A DNA stretch of 64,000 bases from Glaucostegus cemiculus (taxonomy: Eukaryota): the NCBI GenBank assembly GCA_976551045.1, contig CDPCPM010000029.1:13888001-13952000 (forward strand), read 5' to 3'. Under the pieces are notes generated by a model, which was not told the DNA's origin, did no database searches, and worked only from the letters and a program-made list of their open reading frames with translations. Shown in pieces: positions 13,721 to 26,584 of the stretch. A program made the translations under genes and the position numbers. The stretch's first letter is position 1, and each line of letters opens with the position of its first letter.

Positions 13721-14946
13721 TGCTTCTGGTATTACCATAGAAGTGCTTAAGGCTTAAGAGATTTCTATTCTAATTAAATCTTTCTCAGTATTGAAACTGA
13801 GTGGAATTCTCAGCAATGGTTGGGAGTGAACTGGAAAGTTGGAGGTAATGGATGGTCACGAACAGGAAGGATAAGCAACTGATCTGCCTAATGGCAATGT
13901 TGCCAAAGTTGGATATATGTCTCTGATATTATTGACTTTTCAGTGATCCCCTTGTTCCATAGCATACATAAAATAACCCACTCTTGCAGTGCAAACTATG
14001 CACTGACAATGTTAAGTGCTTACTTATTCATAATATTCTATTGGCTGTCTTTGCAAAGTGAGAACTCTGTACTGTCCTTCACCATGTGTTTATAGAAGCC
14101 GTCAACTCTGGAGCTAACACAACTTTCCAGAACCACAACCCACAGACTTGAGGCAGCCACAGAACACATACACAAACATATACCAACCCCAGGTCAAAGT
14201 GAGCAATGGGGATAATATACTGAGCAGTAGTAGTGGAAGGTTAGCAGAGTCTGTGATGATGAGGGGCCTGTAGATAAGACTCCAGAGGTCTGGTGTGCTG
14301 ACTGTATTAAATCGTATGAATGCTGATAAAGCACCAGACGATATTGATTTGAGGAGGCACGTCCTCTGCAGGTAATAGTGGAAGAAGGCCTAACTGGTGA
14401 GGATTGTCCAACATATAAATTTCCTGTTCTCTCCTACACAGCTAATGTTGAAAAGGTGCTTTGAACTACAGCCTACCATTGATTTATGTGGCAATACCAG
14501 AGTGCACATCAGTTCTACAGATCATAAGTATCTTTTAAATGTTCAAGGTAGCAGCTTTGTAGTTCAATTTCAAACAGTTGTGGTCAACTTCATCTCTTTA
14601 AGAATAGTTACAAACACCATGAATATAACATTTTCAAATCTCTAATGTTACTCTTTAACAATTTGGGTGTGATGGGAGAGCTGCTCTCTAGAAGGAACGA
14701 GGCACAAAAAAAACAGGCGGAGTCAGCTGGCACTACAGGTGAAAGTTCGCATACATTCACAATATTGAAAACCACAAACATCCATCACTCCAGAAAGTGG
14801 TGAAAATAATGATTTGGATGTAGAATTTGTTGAAATTAGAAGATATTACAAATAACATTTAAAGAGTGAAAGTAAAGTGGAAGAAACAGACGTGTGTGTA
14901 CACACAGTGATACATGCACATAATTTTGTGCATGCTCACAAATAGA

Positions 14947-14975
14947 TGCGCGCGCACACACACACGCACACACAC

Positions 14976-15012
<37 letters not shown>
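14947..15012. repeat. (CA)n microsatellite with CG interruptions
   Basis: gcgcgcgcacacacacacgcacacac... read directly. Confidence 0.97.
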
Positions 15013-15016
<4 letters not shown>

Positions 15017-16437
15017 TTTTAAGGAAATTAATGATTTTTGTGAGATGGAAAAAAATGGTGAGTTGAAGTAATGGAGTAGAGTTTAAGACTTATAAAAGTA
15101 GAAGACTATATGTCACAAAAGACTATATGTCACAAACTGCAATGGCTTTGAGTCTGGGGAGGAGCAAAGCAGTAAAGGGCACCCTGGAACTGACTCACTC
15201 CACTCCCTTTCTTTGCATTGCTATGTAATTCTTGGGTTATCTTGATCCTCAAGTCTGGTTTTAAATAAATTAGATCTAATGCCTGTTGTTGACGTGAAAA
15301 GTGTCCCAACATGCAATAGAATGCTTTACATTGCACATCAGTAGTCAATACTTTATTGTAAACACATGTTTCAAGAAAGCAATAATTGCCGTCAAGATTC
15401 GTATCAAATGTAATTTGACTCAGCATCAGATTTAGTCTTATATCAAATGTGTTTAATAATCCCACAGTATTCAATAGGTTCTTTAGAATAACTGGAAGTA
15501 TAAATGCCAACTTCAGACATGTTCTAAAATGTAGTCATTATTATAAAAAGATCAGTAGAGAGGGATTTCATTTCCAGGGACAGTTTTGTTTCTAGATCAT
15601 ATATTTTCTCACAGAAAATTATTTTGAATCCTGAGGAATGCATAGGTTTGTAAGAATTTCTTCATCATGTGTTGCTTTAAAGAAAAGTTGATATATTTAC
15701 AGTAGAATTTTTACATAGACTGGACAGAAGATCAGATTATATGTAGCATGGAACATTTTAGGGTTGGAATAAAATGAAGCATAAATGGTTAAAACAAAAA
15801 CACTCAAAGGAATGGTTGTGCTGATTAAGGATTGAATTGCAGGCAAATAATGTGGCTGGGGTACCAGGTGAATAATCTGGATCGGTCTTCACTGGAGTGG
15901 AGCATTCTGCAAATGCAGCAGTAGGGAGAAAGGAGTGGTAATACTAGAAAGGATAAAAATAAAGAAGATGATCTTGAAAGGATGGCGGTTCTCAAAATAG
16001 AAAAGTTACTTGGTCTCAGTAAGATGCAGTCTTGGTAATGAAAGATCATCATCAAATATTTTTCAGAGTCTTGATTGTCATGCTGATTGAATGGATGCCT
16101 GGTGAGCCCAGAAGTTTGCTGTACAAGCCTGCATCCAACCAGGCGGACAGCAGCTTCTTCTGGTATGGGAACTGTGGGTCTTCAGGGGCAAATCTGTTCA
16201 TGGGTTGGGGTTGCTGGATACCATTCAGTGGAGAGTCTGGAAGAGTAAGGGTTAAATGCTGGTTGGGGGGGGGGTTAATTGTCAGGACCATGAGGAGTGA
16301 ATGAGGCACTTGGCACATTGTCACTCAGACCACAATCTCACACATTCACTTCTTTCATTGCTGGTCCAATCTATGTAAAGTACTGCTGAAAATCCTTAGG
16401 CTTGTTTGACAGTGCCTCCCAAAAAAATGGTTGTTTA

Positions 16438-16696
16438 GGGCGGCACGATAGTGTAGCGGTTAGCACGACTCTGTTACAGCGCCAGTGATTGGGGTTCGAT
16501 TCCCGTCGCTGACTGTAAGGAGTTTGTACGGTCTCCCATGTCTGCGTGGGTTTCCTCCGGGTGCTCCGGTTTCCTCCCACATTCTAAAGACGTACGGGTA
16601 GGTTAATTTGGGGGTTCAAAATGGGCGGCGCAGACTCGTTGGGCCGAAAGGGCCTGTTACCACGCTATAAGTAAATTAAATAAATTAAATTAAAAT
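16438..16696 (+). mobile_element. Full-length tRNA-derived V-SINE, CR1-type tail (HE1-like)
   Basis: tRNA-like head with A/B-box-like motifs (tagtgtagcgg; ggttcgattccc), V-domain gggtttcctccgggtgctccggtttcctcccaca, tail gggccgaaagggcctgtt then (taaat)n. Confidence 0.9.
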
Positions 16697-18239
16697 TGGA
16701 ATTCCACCACCTTAAATTCCTCTCCAAGTGACACACCAAGCGATTTGCAAATATGTTATCTTCCTTCACTGGGTGTATGTCTTGGGTCATCCTTCCCACT
16801 TTGGAAGTACCTTCATCATAACAACTGCAAAAATTTAAGGGGTTGTCTCCCCAGCAATTAGCAAGTTGGAATAGGTAAAAGATGCTATACTTGCTAGCAT
16901 CTTGTAAGTGAACAAAATAAGCCCTTTCATGTAAATCTGGAGACCAAAAGAAACATACCTGTAGCAGCCTACCGAGGCAATATTTAACATTTCATGAAGA
17001 TGATTCCAGGTACTGGCTTCTGAGGTTGGCAGGAGGAAGATATATTGTAGACAGATGAGAGAAATTTCATAGCCTTTTGTACAAGGGATAACTGATCTTC
17101 ACAATTGACAGCATGATGCACCTTTACAAATATCAATCCTTCAGCACCGCTACATCACTGCCTGAGGTTCCTTGTTCTCATCACCCATTTGTTCCATTTG
17201 CAGTTTATTTTTAATGCTGCCTTATTAAGTATTAATCATGCACCAGTTTACACCCTGTGCCTGATTTCTTTTTAAGTCACTGTCGACATGGAGTGACATA
17301 ATTGCATCCTTCATGATGCTGTGGGTATTTAATTTTATCTTCATACTGTTTCTTGTAGCAGGCCCTCTGGGGAAACTGAATATCTGGTATGTGCTGTGCT
17401 GTGGAAGTCCCTGAGCCAGTAAGGCAAGGGCAACCCGAGGAGAGTTCCATCCCACGGATGACTCCCCTTGTGCTGCAAGCACTTGTCAATCTTTTTATCG
17501 ATGGAATTTCCTTTCCCAGGACTTGTCCATTATTTGTTATTTACTTTAGTCATATACAGACAATCTTGAGGTGTCAAAACCAGAGTCCTTGGGCCGTGGA
17601 ATTTGTAAGAGGAGTTCAGAAAATGCCTGAAATTACCAACTGAGATTCAATTTTTTTTCCAGCATTTGGTCACTCAGCAGTACGGAACTGATATATTCAA
17701 GTAACGTGTAGAAAAATCATACTGCCAACTTGAGTAAGTGATACTGGGGTCTATTTACTTATGTGCATTGTACATGAAATAGTGGCATAAACTTTTTTTA
17801 TTTTAATTTTATAATTAGAAAAAAACCCCCAAAAAAACCCAAATCAATAAAAAAAAATCATAATAATATAGAGTAAATTAAACCGAAAATGAATTAAAAA
17901 AAAAGAAAAAAACCCAAAACAAATAAACTTTTGACGTTTGGTCTCTGCTTTCTTTCCACTTCACTTTGAAAATATGAATACGATCTTTCTCTTCAGCCTA
18001 CAATAGACAGATCTTTGGGCCTTGAAGCTATTGATTTTCAACGACAGCCAGAAGGGGATAAGGTTGATATGGACAGTTTTCTCAGACCAGCTATATTCCC
18101 AACCCTAGTTAAATCCCTATTTATAAGCACAAATCCTCTGCCCCTCTTCTGCCAGTAGGAAGAGGGACCGACCTACTCAGACCATCAATTCCACCAAATA
18201 CAATGTTCGGTTAGGACAAATAGAGTGCACTTCACTACC

Positions 18240-18600
18240 AGCCTACATTTGTACAGTGCCTTTAACATGATTTAATGCTCCATAGGAACGTAATGATATA
18301 AATGTCACATAAGGACACTTTGGAAAGTTTGAAGAAAGCTAGGATTTATGAATGACTTAAAAGGGGGAGAGATGCAATCAGTTAGGGATATTTGGGGAAG
18401 GCTCGAGGCAGCAGAAGGCATGAAGATTCAGAGATTTCAGAAGGTCTTAAAGCTGCAAAAGAGTGGTAGAGATAAGGCTTTGAAAATGGGGATGAAAATT
18501 TGTTAGGCAAAGACTAGCATAGGTCTTGGAGCACAAGGTAATGGGTGGGCAGGACTTGGTACAAGGTAGGATATGGACAGCAGTGTTTTGGGAATAGCTT
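18240..18600 (-). mobile_element. Old L2-like LINE 3' remnant
   Basis: Tail-like catttgtacagtgcctttaa and ...aggtaggatatggacagcagtgttttg, resembling the reverse complement of the L2 remnant at 49830-50330. Confidence 0.45.
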
Positions 18601-18734
18601 AATTTTTTTTAGAGATTTGCTTCACAGGGTGTGTAGTTTCCTTGCAGCTTAACATTGAGATCAATGTTCTAAAGCAAGGCGTGGAGGATGCAGGGAATGT
18701 ATCAGAGACATCCCCTACCCCTACAAGCCCAGTT

Positions 18735-18878
18735 TGTCTCCTTTTCAGTTCTGGCGAAGGGTCTCAGACCTGAAATGTTGACTCATTTTATCTTCTCACG
18801 GATGGGGCCTGATCTGCTGAACATTTTCAGCATTTTCTGCTTTTTTTTAAATATTTCCAGCATCTGCAGTATTTTGTT
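18735..18878 (+). mobile_element. Penelope-like terminal module with decayed hammerhead motif (18746-18784)
   Basis: cagtt-CTGGCGA-agggtctcagacct-GAAA-tgtt-gactc followed by ...cctgatctgctgaacattttcagcattttctg...ttccagcatctgcagt. Confidence 0.7.
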
Positions 18879-19944
18879 ATTTTACCCCACCTTTCTGTTT
18901 TCACCCAGGTCAGCATTCCCTTTCTAATGGCTGACCTAAAACTGAGGGGCCTCATACAAAGTATATCAAGTCATTGAGTTCAGTCTGACCAAGCTCTGCC
19001 CCAGCTCACTGCTGAGTCCAGCAACAGAAGTGGAGGTGAGAGGTATCAACATTTGATCCCAGCCCCTTCCTGACTTCTGTGCTGCACCTATAGCCAGCAA
19101 TTCTCTTCCTCTTCCGAACCACAGCCAAAAGGTTAGAATACAGTAGTTCAGCCAATAGATACAAATCAGATGGCATTAAGCAATTCTCAGTTTTTAAGGG
19201 CCTTACTGAGTGTGCATTCAGATAATAAATAAGAGTAACCTGGAATCAGTGTGTCGTGTTATGGTTGCTTATTGGGTTGGGGGTTGATTTGATGGAGGTG
19301 GAAGGTTTTGCAATAAAGAGGAAACTAGCTCATGCTACTGTTTCATAGCTCGATATTCCAAAGCATTTCCAACACAAGCACTTCTGTCATAAACAATAAT
19401 ATAAGTACTCATCTCCTTCTGAAGTCAGCTTGAGGATACACAATCTTGGATCCTCAGTGTCTGAATACTCAACTTTTTTAGCAGTCATGCATAATAATGT
19501 TGGGTCGGCCAATGAAATAGTACCGTGCTGCTGCAAGCCATAATCACACGGTTAATTGTTGTCAGATTTTGTTATCCACGTTTGTTTTGAAGAGGTGGAG
19601 GACATGATCCGGTTTTAGCTGACGATTAATCTGTTGGGGAAATGGATGTTGGCATATTGTTAATGTAACAGATGGCAGACATATCAACTGATGTAGAAAC
19701 ATGTTATATTGCTAGAGAAGTTTAAATTGAAAGCAATTGTGGAAATCAAAATTGACTTTTAAAGGGAAATAGTAATTTTGAGAAAGGTCCTACTGCAGTG
19801 GGCAAAAAAATCCTTCTGTTTTATGTTTATAAGACCATATTTTTAGATTTACCTTTTAAGATAGGAAGAAGTCCCAAGGTATTTTACTGAGTGTTATTAA
19901 ACAAAATCGATTCACACGAGGAGTTATAGGTGCATGTGGAAAAA

Positions 19945-20172
19945 ATCCCAGATAATACTGGAAATATTCTGCAGGTCAGATAGCATTTGTGGAGTGAAAA
20001 AAATCCAGTTAGTGTTTCAGGTCAATTACTTTTTATCATTAGTTACGTTAGTGTTTTTCTGATGAATAACCATTGACCTGAAAGGGTAGTTCTGTCTCTC
20101 ACTCCAATGATGCTGCCAGACTTGTTGAGTATCACCAGTGTTTTTTGTTTTAACTTTGGATTTGCAGCATCA
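19945..20172. mobile_element. Palindromic Penelope-derived element: two inverted terminal modules
   Basis: Left arm ctggaaatattctgcaggtcagatagcatttgtggagtga...gtttcaggtcaat pairs with right arm attgacctgaaa...tcactccaatgatgctgccagacttgttgagtatcaccag; CTGATGA at 20059. Confidence 0.7.
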
Positions 20173-20189
20173 GTAGTAGTTTATATTTG

Positions 20190-20945
20190 CGATTGAGATG
20201 TCAGGGCAGACCAACAAAAGGATGGTAAAAAAGAAAGGTTTTTTGAAGACTCAGAGAAAAGTAGTAAAAGACCTTGGGGTCCAAGTCCGTAGTTCCCTGA
20301 AAGTGGCAATACGAGTTGATTGGCTGATGAATAAGGCATATAGCATGCTTGCCTTCACAGATCGGGTCATAAAATATAAAAGTTGGGACATTATGTTGCA
20401 ACTTCACAAAGTTCTGTTTAGGCTGCTCTTGGATATTGTGTGCAGTTCTGTAGGAAGGATGTGGTTGCACTGGAGGGAGTGCAGAGGAGATTCACCAGGG
20501 TGTTACCTGGATTGGAGGGACGTTAGTTATGGGGAGAGATTGGATGGGCTGAGCTTGTTTTCCCTGGAGTGAAGGAGTTGAGGGGTGACCTCTAAGATGA
20601 TGAGAGGCATCACTAGGGTAGATAGTTAAAATCTTTTTCCTAGTATGAGCATCATAAACAAGAGGGCATAGGTTTAAGGTGAGATGCAGGAGTTTTAAAG
20701 GGGCTCTGAGGGGTAAGTTATTTTACACAGAGAGTGGTTGATACCTGGAACATGCTGCCAGAGATGTTAGTAGAATCTGATTAATAAATGTTTAATAGGC
20801 ATTTAGACAGATGCTTAAATAGGCAAGCTATAGATACAGTCCTAATGTGGGCAAATTGGACTAGTGTAGACGGGCAAAAAAGTCAGCATGGATGTAGGGG
20901 GCTGCAGGGCACATTTCTGTGCTGTACATCTATTAATTTATGACA
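20190..20945 (+). mobile_element. CR1 LINE 3' fragment
   Basis: KDLGVQVRSSLKVA..., SYGERLDGLSLFSLE, CR1 tail. Confidence 0.85.
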
Positions 20946-22443
20946 CAAAGTGGAGAGGATTAGAAGGGGAATTCTACAAATTGAGGGCCTTGTCTGCTGA
21001 GGACGCAGTGATCAAAAATGGTATGAATAAATTTGGCCGGAGACTAGAAGTAGAGGATGCATTTTTCAAGGGGATACACGAGGCCATGAAGAGTTCAAAA
21101 AAAAAGGAAATTACTTTTTAATCCAGGTATTAAATCAGGATCACTGGCATAATTTTGTTTACCTTAAATTTAAGGGGAAGTACTGAGGGAGGCCAACCAG
21201 GAGATCCTCAGATCGGCCAAGACCAAAGATAACAAAATGGGGAGGAAGAATGAACATCTATTTACTTGTGTGAATTTGTGGTTTAAATCCTAATGGCAAG
21301 TGGCATTAAAATAGAATTTGCCACAAATATCCCTTATTTTATCAACATTCTTCTGGTCATAAAATATTACGTGTAATATAAAGCCCCGATTAATCACAGT
21401 CTGCCCTCTGCTGCAAACAGTCAGCACAGCAACAGGGTGAAAGTGCCAACTTGGTCTTCTGCCAAACAGGTGAATTTCTGATCTGAAGCTCTTTGGTATG
21501 TGGCTTTCTTAAGATGAGCAACTTTGCTTTAAGAGTTAAGTATTCTACTCTTTCATTATTTGCTCAGGGAGATTACACAGAGAGTGCATAATTACTAAGT
21601 TGATAAGTAGACCTGCAATATGGTCTCTTTAGAAAATGTGGGTTTAGTTGCTGAGAAGAGAATACTTTTCCTATTTTTTCTATTGTTATTTCTCAGACTA
21701 TATCTTAAAATCTAATTAGTCAACACTGAACATAATGATAAAAATAATTTTTTTGTAAGTGAAAGATTTCATTGTAGATAAGGTTACATGAACTTGGGTG
21801 ATAACATTTATATTGTGTTTACTGTCAGTATTACTAAGTCTCATGTTTGCAGTGATTCAGGATTTTCTGGTTATTCAAGTCAATTTACACAGATATAAAA
21901 CAACTTTCAGGGATTTTAATTTTCAGAGAACAAATACTAGCCTTATGTACATTACATATTTTTCCATGCAGCTTTAGAGATGATTTGCCATTGTCTAAGA
22001 TTTTTATTTGTTGTTTTAATGATTAATTTCTGAAGCAGTTCAATCTAAAGGTTCAGTTTTGTGAAATAATGAGAACTTTCTCAAGATGTGAAAAATGCCT
22101 GAAAATAAAGGAAACAATGTTTTTCTTGCTTCAGGAATGGTGGCAGCAAAGAAACAGAAAATGATGCCTAAAGAGGCAACAGTTGGAAGAGATGGCTTGT
22201 GGAAACAAAAACAAGTTGAGAAAATTAAAGTGCTGCACTAATTCATAGAAGTCCATAGACTGTGGGAAATTATCTGCTGAATTTCCTAGCAAACTATGAT
22301 ATACACACAGAAGCATTATTTGTTTTCTCTGTGAGAATTTGTTGGCATGTTACTTAGTTTTAAAATGAGTGATGAGGCTGTCCAATCTTCAGCAATCTCA
22401 AAGCGGCACTGGGAAATGGGTTTGCTGCTAGAGAAAGCAGAGT

Positions 22444-22587
22444 ATGAGAAATGGCAGGAAGGGCTGGAAGGAGCACCGGGAGCTGAGTACAAAGGAAGTG
22501 GACTTTGAGGAATTGACCTTGCACAGAAGACTCTTGGCGCATGATAGCATCACTGGCTCTTCTCTAAGAAGTAGTGCGTTGGAAAGG
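22444..22587 (+). CDS. Candidate alternative first coding exon of LIMCH1 (48 codons)
   Basis: ATG with A at -3, 144-nt open frame in non-repeat sequence, ending at AGG|GTAAGT in phase 0, which matches the phase-0 acceptor at 27969. No recognised homology. Confidence 0.35.
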
Positions 22588-22684
22588 GTAAGTTTTTTGG
22601 GAGGCTTCTGCACCAAGATCTACAACCCCCTGTCACAGATGGCACAGCATTTCCTGTCTATTTTTGCATTAATCATAAAGTAAT

Positions 22685-23130
22685 GGAGTCATAAAACACA
22701 TAAACAGGCCCATCAACCCACCCAGTCCCTGCTGACCATCAATTACCCATCTATACTAATCCCATTTACCAGCACTTGGTCTCAGGTTTCTATGTCTTGG
22801 TAATTCAAGTGCTCATCTGGATACTTCTTAAATGTTGTGAGAGTACCTGCCTCCAACACTCAACGCAGGCAGTGTGTTCAGATCCAACCACTCCAGATTC
22901 CAGCATCTGTGGTCTCTTGTGTCTCCAACCATGCTCTGGGTGAATATTTTTTACCTCAGATCCTCTCTAAATCACTTACCCTTTACTTTAAGTTCATGCC
23001 CTCTGATTTTAGACACCTCTGCTATGGGGAAGAGTTTCCTACCATGTACCCTATGTATGCCCCTCATATCAGGTTCCTGCCTCAGCCTCCTGCACTCCAA
23101 GGGAAACAGACCTAGTCTACCTAATCCCTA
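22685..23130 (-). mobile_element. CR1 3' tail fragment containing a short PLE-end piece (~22891-22927)
   Basis: aaacaggcccatcaacccac...; gggaaacagacctagtcta; embedded ctccagattccagcatctgtggtctcttgtgtctcc. Confidence 0.7.
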
Positions 23131-23589
23131 ATTGTACGGCTTTAGCCATATTTGCAGAAGTTAAAACTTTTCATGTTTAGCAACATATCATCCTCATGCT
23201 TAGAGTGTCATTGTAATATAGATTTTTGAGACGTGCTCTTGCTTTTGTGAATTACAGTGGCTTCCACTCTATCACTGAGCACATGGCAGGACATCTGCAG
23301 CATTGCCAAAGCCCATATCTATCATGACTTTGGTATCTCCAAAGTGCAGCCGGTGGCATAGCCTGCTTGGGTCTTACAATTTATTGTTGCAGGGCTTCAA
23401 CACATCATTGTCAAGTCCTACCCTTCTGTAGCCTAGAAGCAATGTTGTTGTCTCTAACTAGCTTACTAAGTTAACATCAGAACCAAAAGTTAACCAGAAG
23501 ACTCTGGATTTGTTCCAGAGGCTGAAGAATGCTGTGATACGGTGATCACTGGGATTGATGAAGGGACCAGTGAATTCATCTCTTTCATT

Positions 23590-24304
23590 TCAGAAATCAG
23601 AAATCAGAATCAATTTATTGACACTTTCACATATACATGAAGGCGAGATATCGTTTCTCTACAGGCCAATGTGCAAAAGACATCAAAGACAACAAACATC
23701 AAAACATTAACAGCCCCTAGCCTCACCCCGCACTGACGACCACCTCCAACCCCCGCAGTCCCACAACTTCAGGGCCCACAGTCCATCAACAACCTCCGGC
23801 CCGCAGTCCAGCAGTCTGACAGTCCGACCACCTCCGGCCCCGCAGTCTGACCACGACCACCTCCAGCTCCTTCGCCTCCGGCCTCGCAGTCCGACGACCT
23901 CCGGCCTCGCAGTCCGACGACCTCCGGCCTCGCAGTCCGACGACCTCCAGCCCCAAATTCCAGCTCCGGAGTCCGACGACCTCCAGCCCCGCAGACCGGC
24001 TCTGCAGTCCGACAACCTCCAGCCCCGCAGGCCGACCACCGGACCTCCGGCCCGAGCAGCCCCCTCACCGCCCGCATCCCGACGCCACCACGAGGCTCCA
24101 GGGCCTTCGACACGCTGCCGCCTCCGATGAGCTCCGACGAGCCGTCAGTACAGACAACGTCTCCATAAAAATGAACCCAAGTACACAAACATCAGAAACA
24201 AAGAACACACAAAAAAAAGCAAAAAAAAGACTAAAAGACTAACAAAAAACACAAGCACTACAGACCTGTGAGAGGCCGCTGCAACTGTGTGCGCCGCCAT
24301 CTTT
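23590..24304 (-). mobile_element. Non-autonomous Rex1/Babar-like element (LINE 5' end + tandem array + 3' tail)
   Basis: Minus strand begins aaagatggcggcgcacacagttgcagcggcc and ends gtatatgtgaaagtgtcaataaattgattctgatttctgatttctg, like the tail at 4985-5024. Confidence 0.65.
23730..24060. repeat. GC/CpG-rich tandem repeat, 23-bp unit ccgacgacctccggcctcgcagt
   Basis: Exact units at 23891-23913 and 23914-23936, with degenerate units on both sides. Confidence 0.92.
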
Positions 24305-24404
24305 TTCTGCTTATCTTTCTCATTATTTTGCTAATGGAATATGTTCATCAGGATTTGGAACAATCTGACTTTGTGTATTCAAAGACCAAAGAAAATGAAC
24401 TTAA

Positions 24405-24780
24405 AGGAACAGCACAGTGGCGCAGCAGTTACTGTTGCTGCTGCATTGCTCCAGTGACATGTGTTTGACCCTGACTCCGAACACTGTCAGTGTGGAGTTA
24501 CTCATTCGCCCTGTGACTGCATGAGTTTGTCCCGGTGTTCCAGTTTCCTCCTGCATCTCAAAGACCTGCTGGTAGGTTAAATGGCAACTGTAAAATTGTC
24601 CCCAGTGTAGGTGATTGGCAGGAGAACTTGGGGGGGAGGTGATGGGCAGGGGGGAGAGAATGTTACAGGGAAATAATGTATGTGGGAGGAGGTAGAGAAT
24701 AAGACTGATGAAAATGTTCTGAGCTCCTCAATGGACTTGATGGACCAAATGGCCTCCTTCCGTATTGTAAGAAGATATGA
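24405..24780 (+). mobile_element. Older V-SINE with long CR1-type tail
   Basis: cagcacagtggcgcagc head, decayed V-domain, tail ggacttgatggaccaaatggcctccttcc; homologous copy at 56495-56810. Confidence 0.7.
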
Positions 24781-25666
24781 ACAAATGTACATTTAAAAAA
24801 AAGCAAAGAGTATGAGAGGCTTGAAGCTATTAAAATAAAAATTCCATTCCTGACCCCAGGTATTCCTAAAACACCTTACAATTAGTGAGGTGCTTCTGAA
24901 TGCTAGTTGTACCATCAGGGAATTAATTCACATCCTCCATAACTTTTCCAGATTTTAAATACTTTTAAAATTAAAATGCACTGTTAATTGGAGGAGTATT
25001 TTTATATGAGCTCCAGCTGTGGGAATTGTAGCTCTGCAGTTGTGCTGCATAGATGGTTTCTGACCCACTTCCAAGTTATTTGCAATGCATGGTTGATGCT
25101 TAGAATTGTATTGTGTCTCCTAAGGTTCAATCTTGAATCTTAAAATTAATTCTTTCTTTCAACAGGGGTTCCCAAATCAAGCCCAGCACTTTTACATTAA
25201 ACTGCTCTGTAAATGAATCATTAAAATTACAAGCAAAAATATTATCAATAAATGCATTTCTTAGTAGGCTAGGTAACAAAAAGTAATTGGAAGAAAATAT
25301 GTAAAATGCTTCTGAGGTGAGCATCTTTGATATTCTTAAATGTTTAAAGAGTATTTGTTTGATGGATTTCCTTTTGTAACATTGATTCAAATGCAAATTC
25401 AGAATACTATAGTTATTTGAAATCAGATAAAAGGAAAAAGAACCTGCTACCTGTTGAAAGGATGATGACCTAGTTTTTTCCAAACCATGGCTCAAGCTTC
25501 TCTAAATACACTGCAGTCTAATCTTTCACGCTGGCCCAGATTTTTTTTTGGACAGATAGTAATCTTGATACATTTTCATTTGCTGCTGCGTCATTATTTA
25601 GCAAGATTTCTGTGCAATGAAATGCTGGCATCTTCGAAAAACTAAATTGGACTTGTCACATAAACA

Positions 25667-26185
25667 CTATGCCTGGAAGAACAGTTCAGAGGCTGGGTAT
25701 TTTTGGGTATTTTGCAGCGAGTGACTCACTTCCTGATTCCCCCAAGCCTTTCCCCCATCTACAATGCCCAAGTCTGCAGTGGGATGAAATACTTTACACT
25801 TCCCTGGATGAATGCTGCCCCATTGACACTCAAGAAGTTTGACACCAGTACCAGCACACTGTGGTTGCTGTGTGTCCCACTTGCAAGATGCACTGCTGTA
25901 ACTCACCTCCGCTTCTTTAAAAAAAAACAATTTCAGACCCATAACCTTTATTCCCAAAAGGCCAAGGTTAGCAGGCACATGGAAATGTTACCACAGAACA
26001 AGTTCTTTCAAAGTCCTGACCTGGAGCTATATTGCTCTTCACTCTTCACCTCTGGGTTTATGGGCTGGGATTCCCCAGCCAGCAGCAGCACAGGAGTACC
26101 TTCACTTCACAGGATGCAGCAGTTCATTAAACTTGCCTTTGCATGGGTGATTAGGATGGGCAATAAAATGCTGGCCTTTGACATA
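25667..26185 (+). mobile_element. Old CR1-clade LINE 3' fragment (tail ttaggatgggcaataaaatgctggcc)
   Basis: PIYNAQVCSGMKY..LPWMNAAP remnant; related pieces at 35300-35720 and ~16700-16910. Confidence 0.6.
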
Positions 26186-26327
26186 AAATTGAAATATAAC
26201 TGTGTGACAATAAGGAGCCCTGGTAAAACTGAAGTCAGTGGGCAGCAAGGGAAAAACATTCCAATGGTTGAAGTCATACCTTGTACAAAGGAAGGATAAT
26301 TGTGGTTTCTGGAGATCATTCATCCTA

Positions 26328-26584
26328 GGGCGGCACGATAGCGTAGCGGTTAGCGCAACGCTGTTACAGCGCCAGCGATCCGTGTTCAATTCCCGTCACT
26401 GACTGTAAGGAGTTTGTACGTTCTCCCGTGTCTGCGTGGGTTTTCACCGGGTGCTCCGGTTTCCTCCCACATTCTAAAAGACGTACAGGTAGGTTAATTT
26501 GGGGGTTTAAAATGGGCAGCACTGACTCATTGGGCCGAAAGGGCCTGTTACCACACTGTAAATAAAATTTAATTTAATTTAAAA
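26328..26584 (+). mobile_element. Full-length V-SINE, CR1-type tail
   Basis: Same structure as 16438-16696. Confidence 0.9.

Noticed and set aside
15102-15136. 17-bp tandem duplication aagactatatgtcacaa
   Set aside because: Ordinary local slippage duplication with no sign of function.
16438-16510. tRNA gene (and similar heads in other copies)
   Set aside because: tRNA-derived SINE head without a complete cloverleaf, continuing into the V-domain.
23707-24188. Arg/Gly-rich ORFs on the minus strand
   Set aside because: They result from a stop-poor GC-rich 23-bp tandem repeat.
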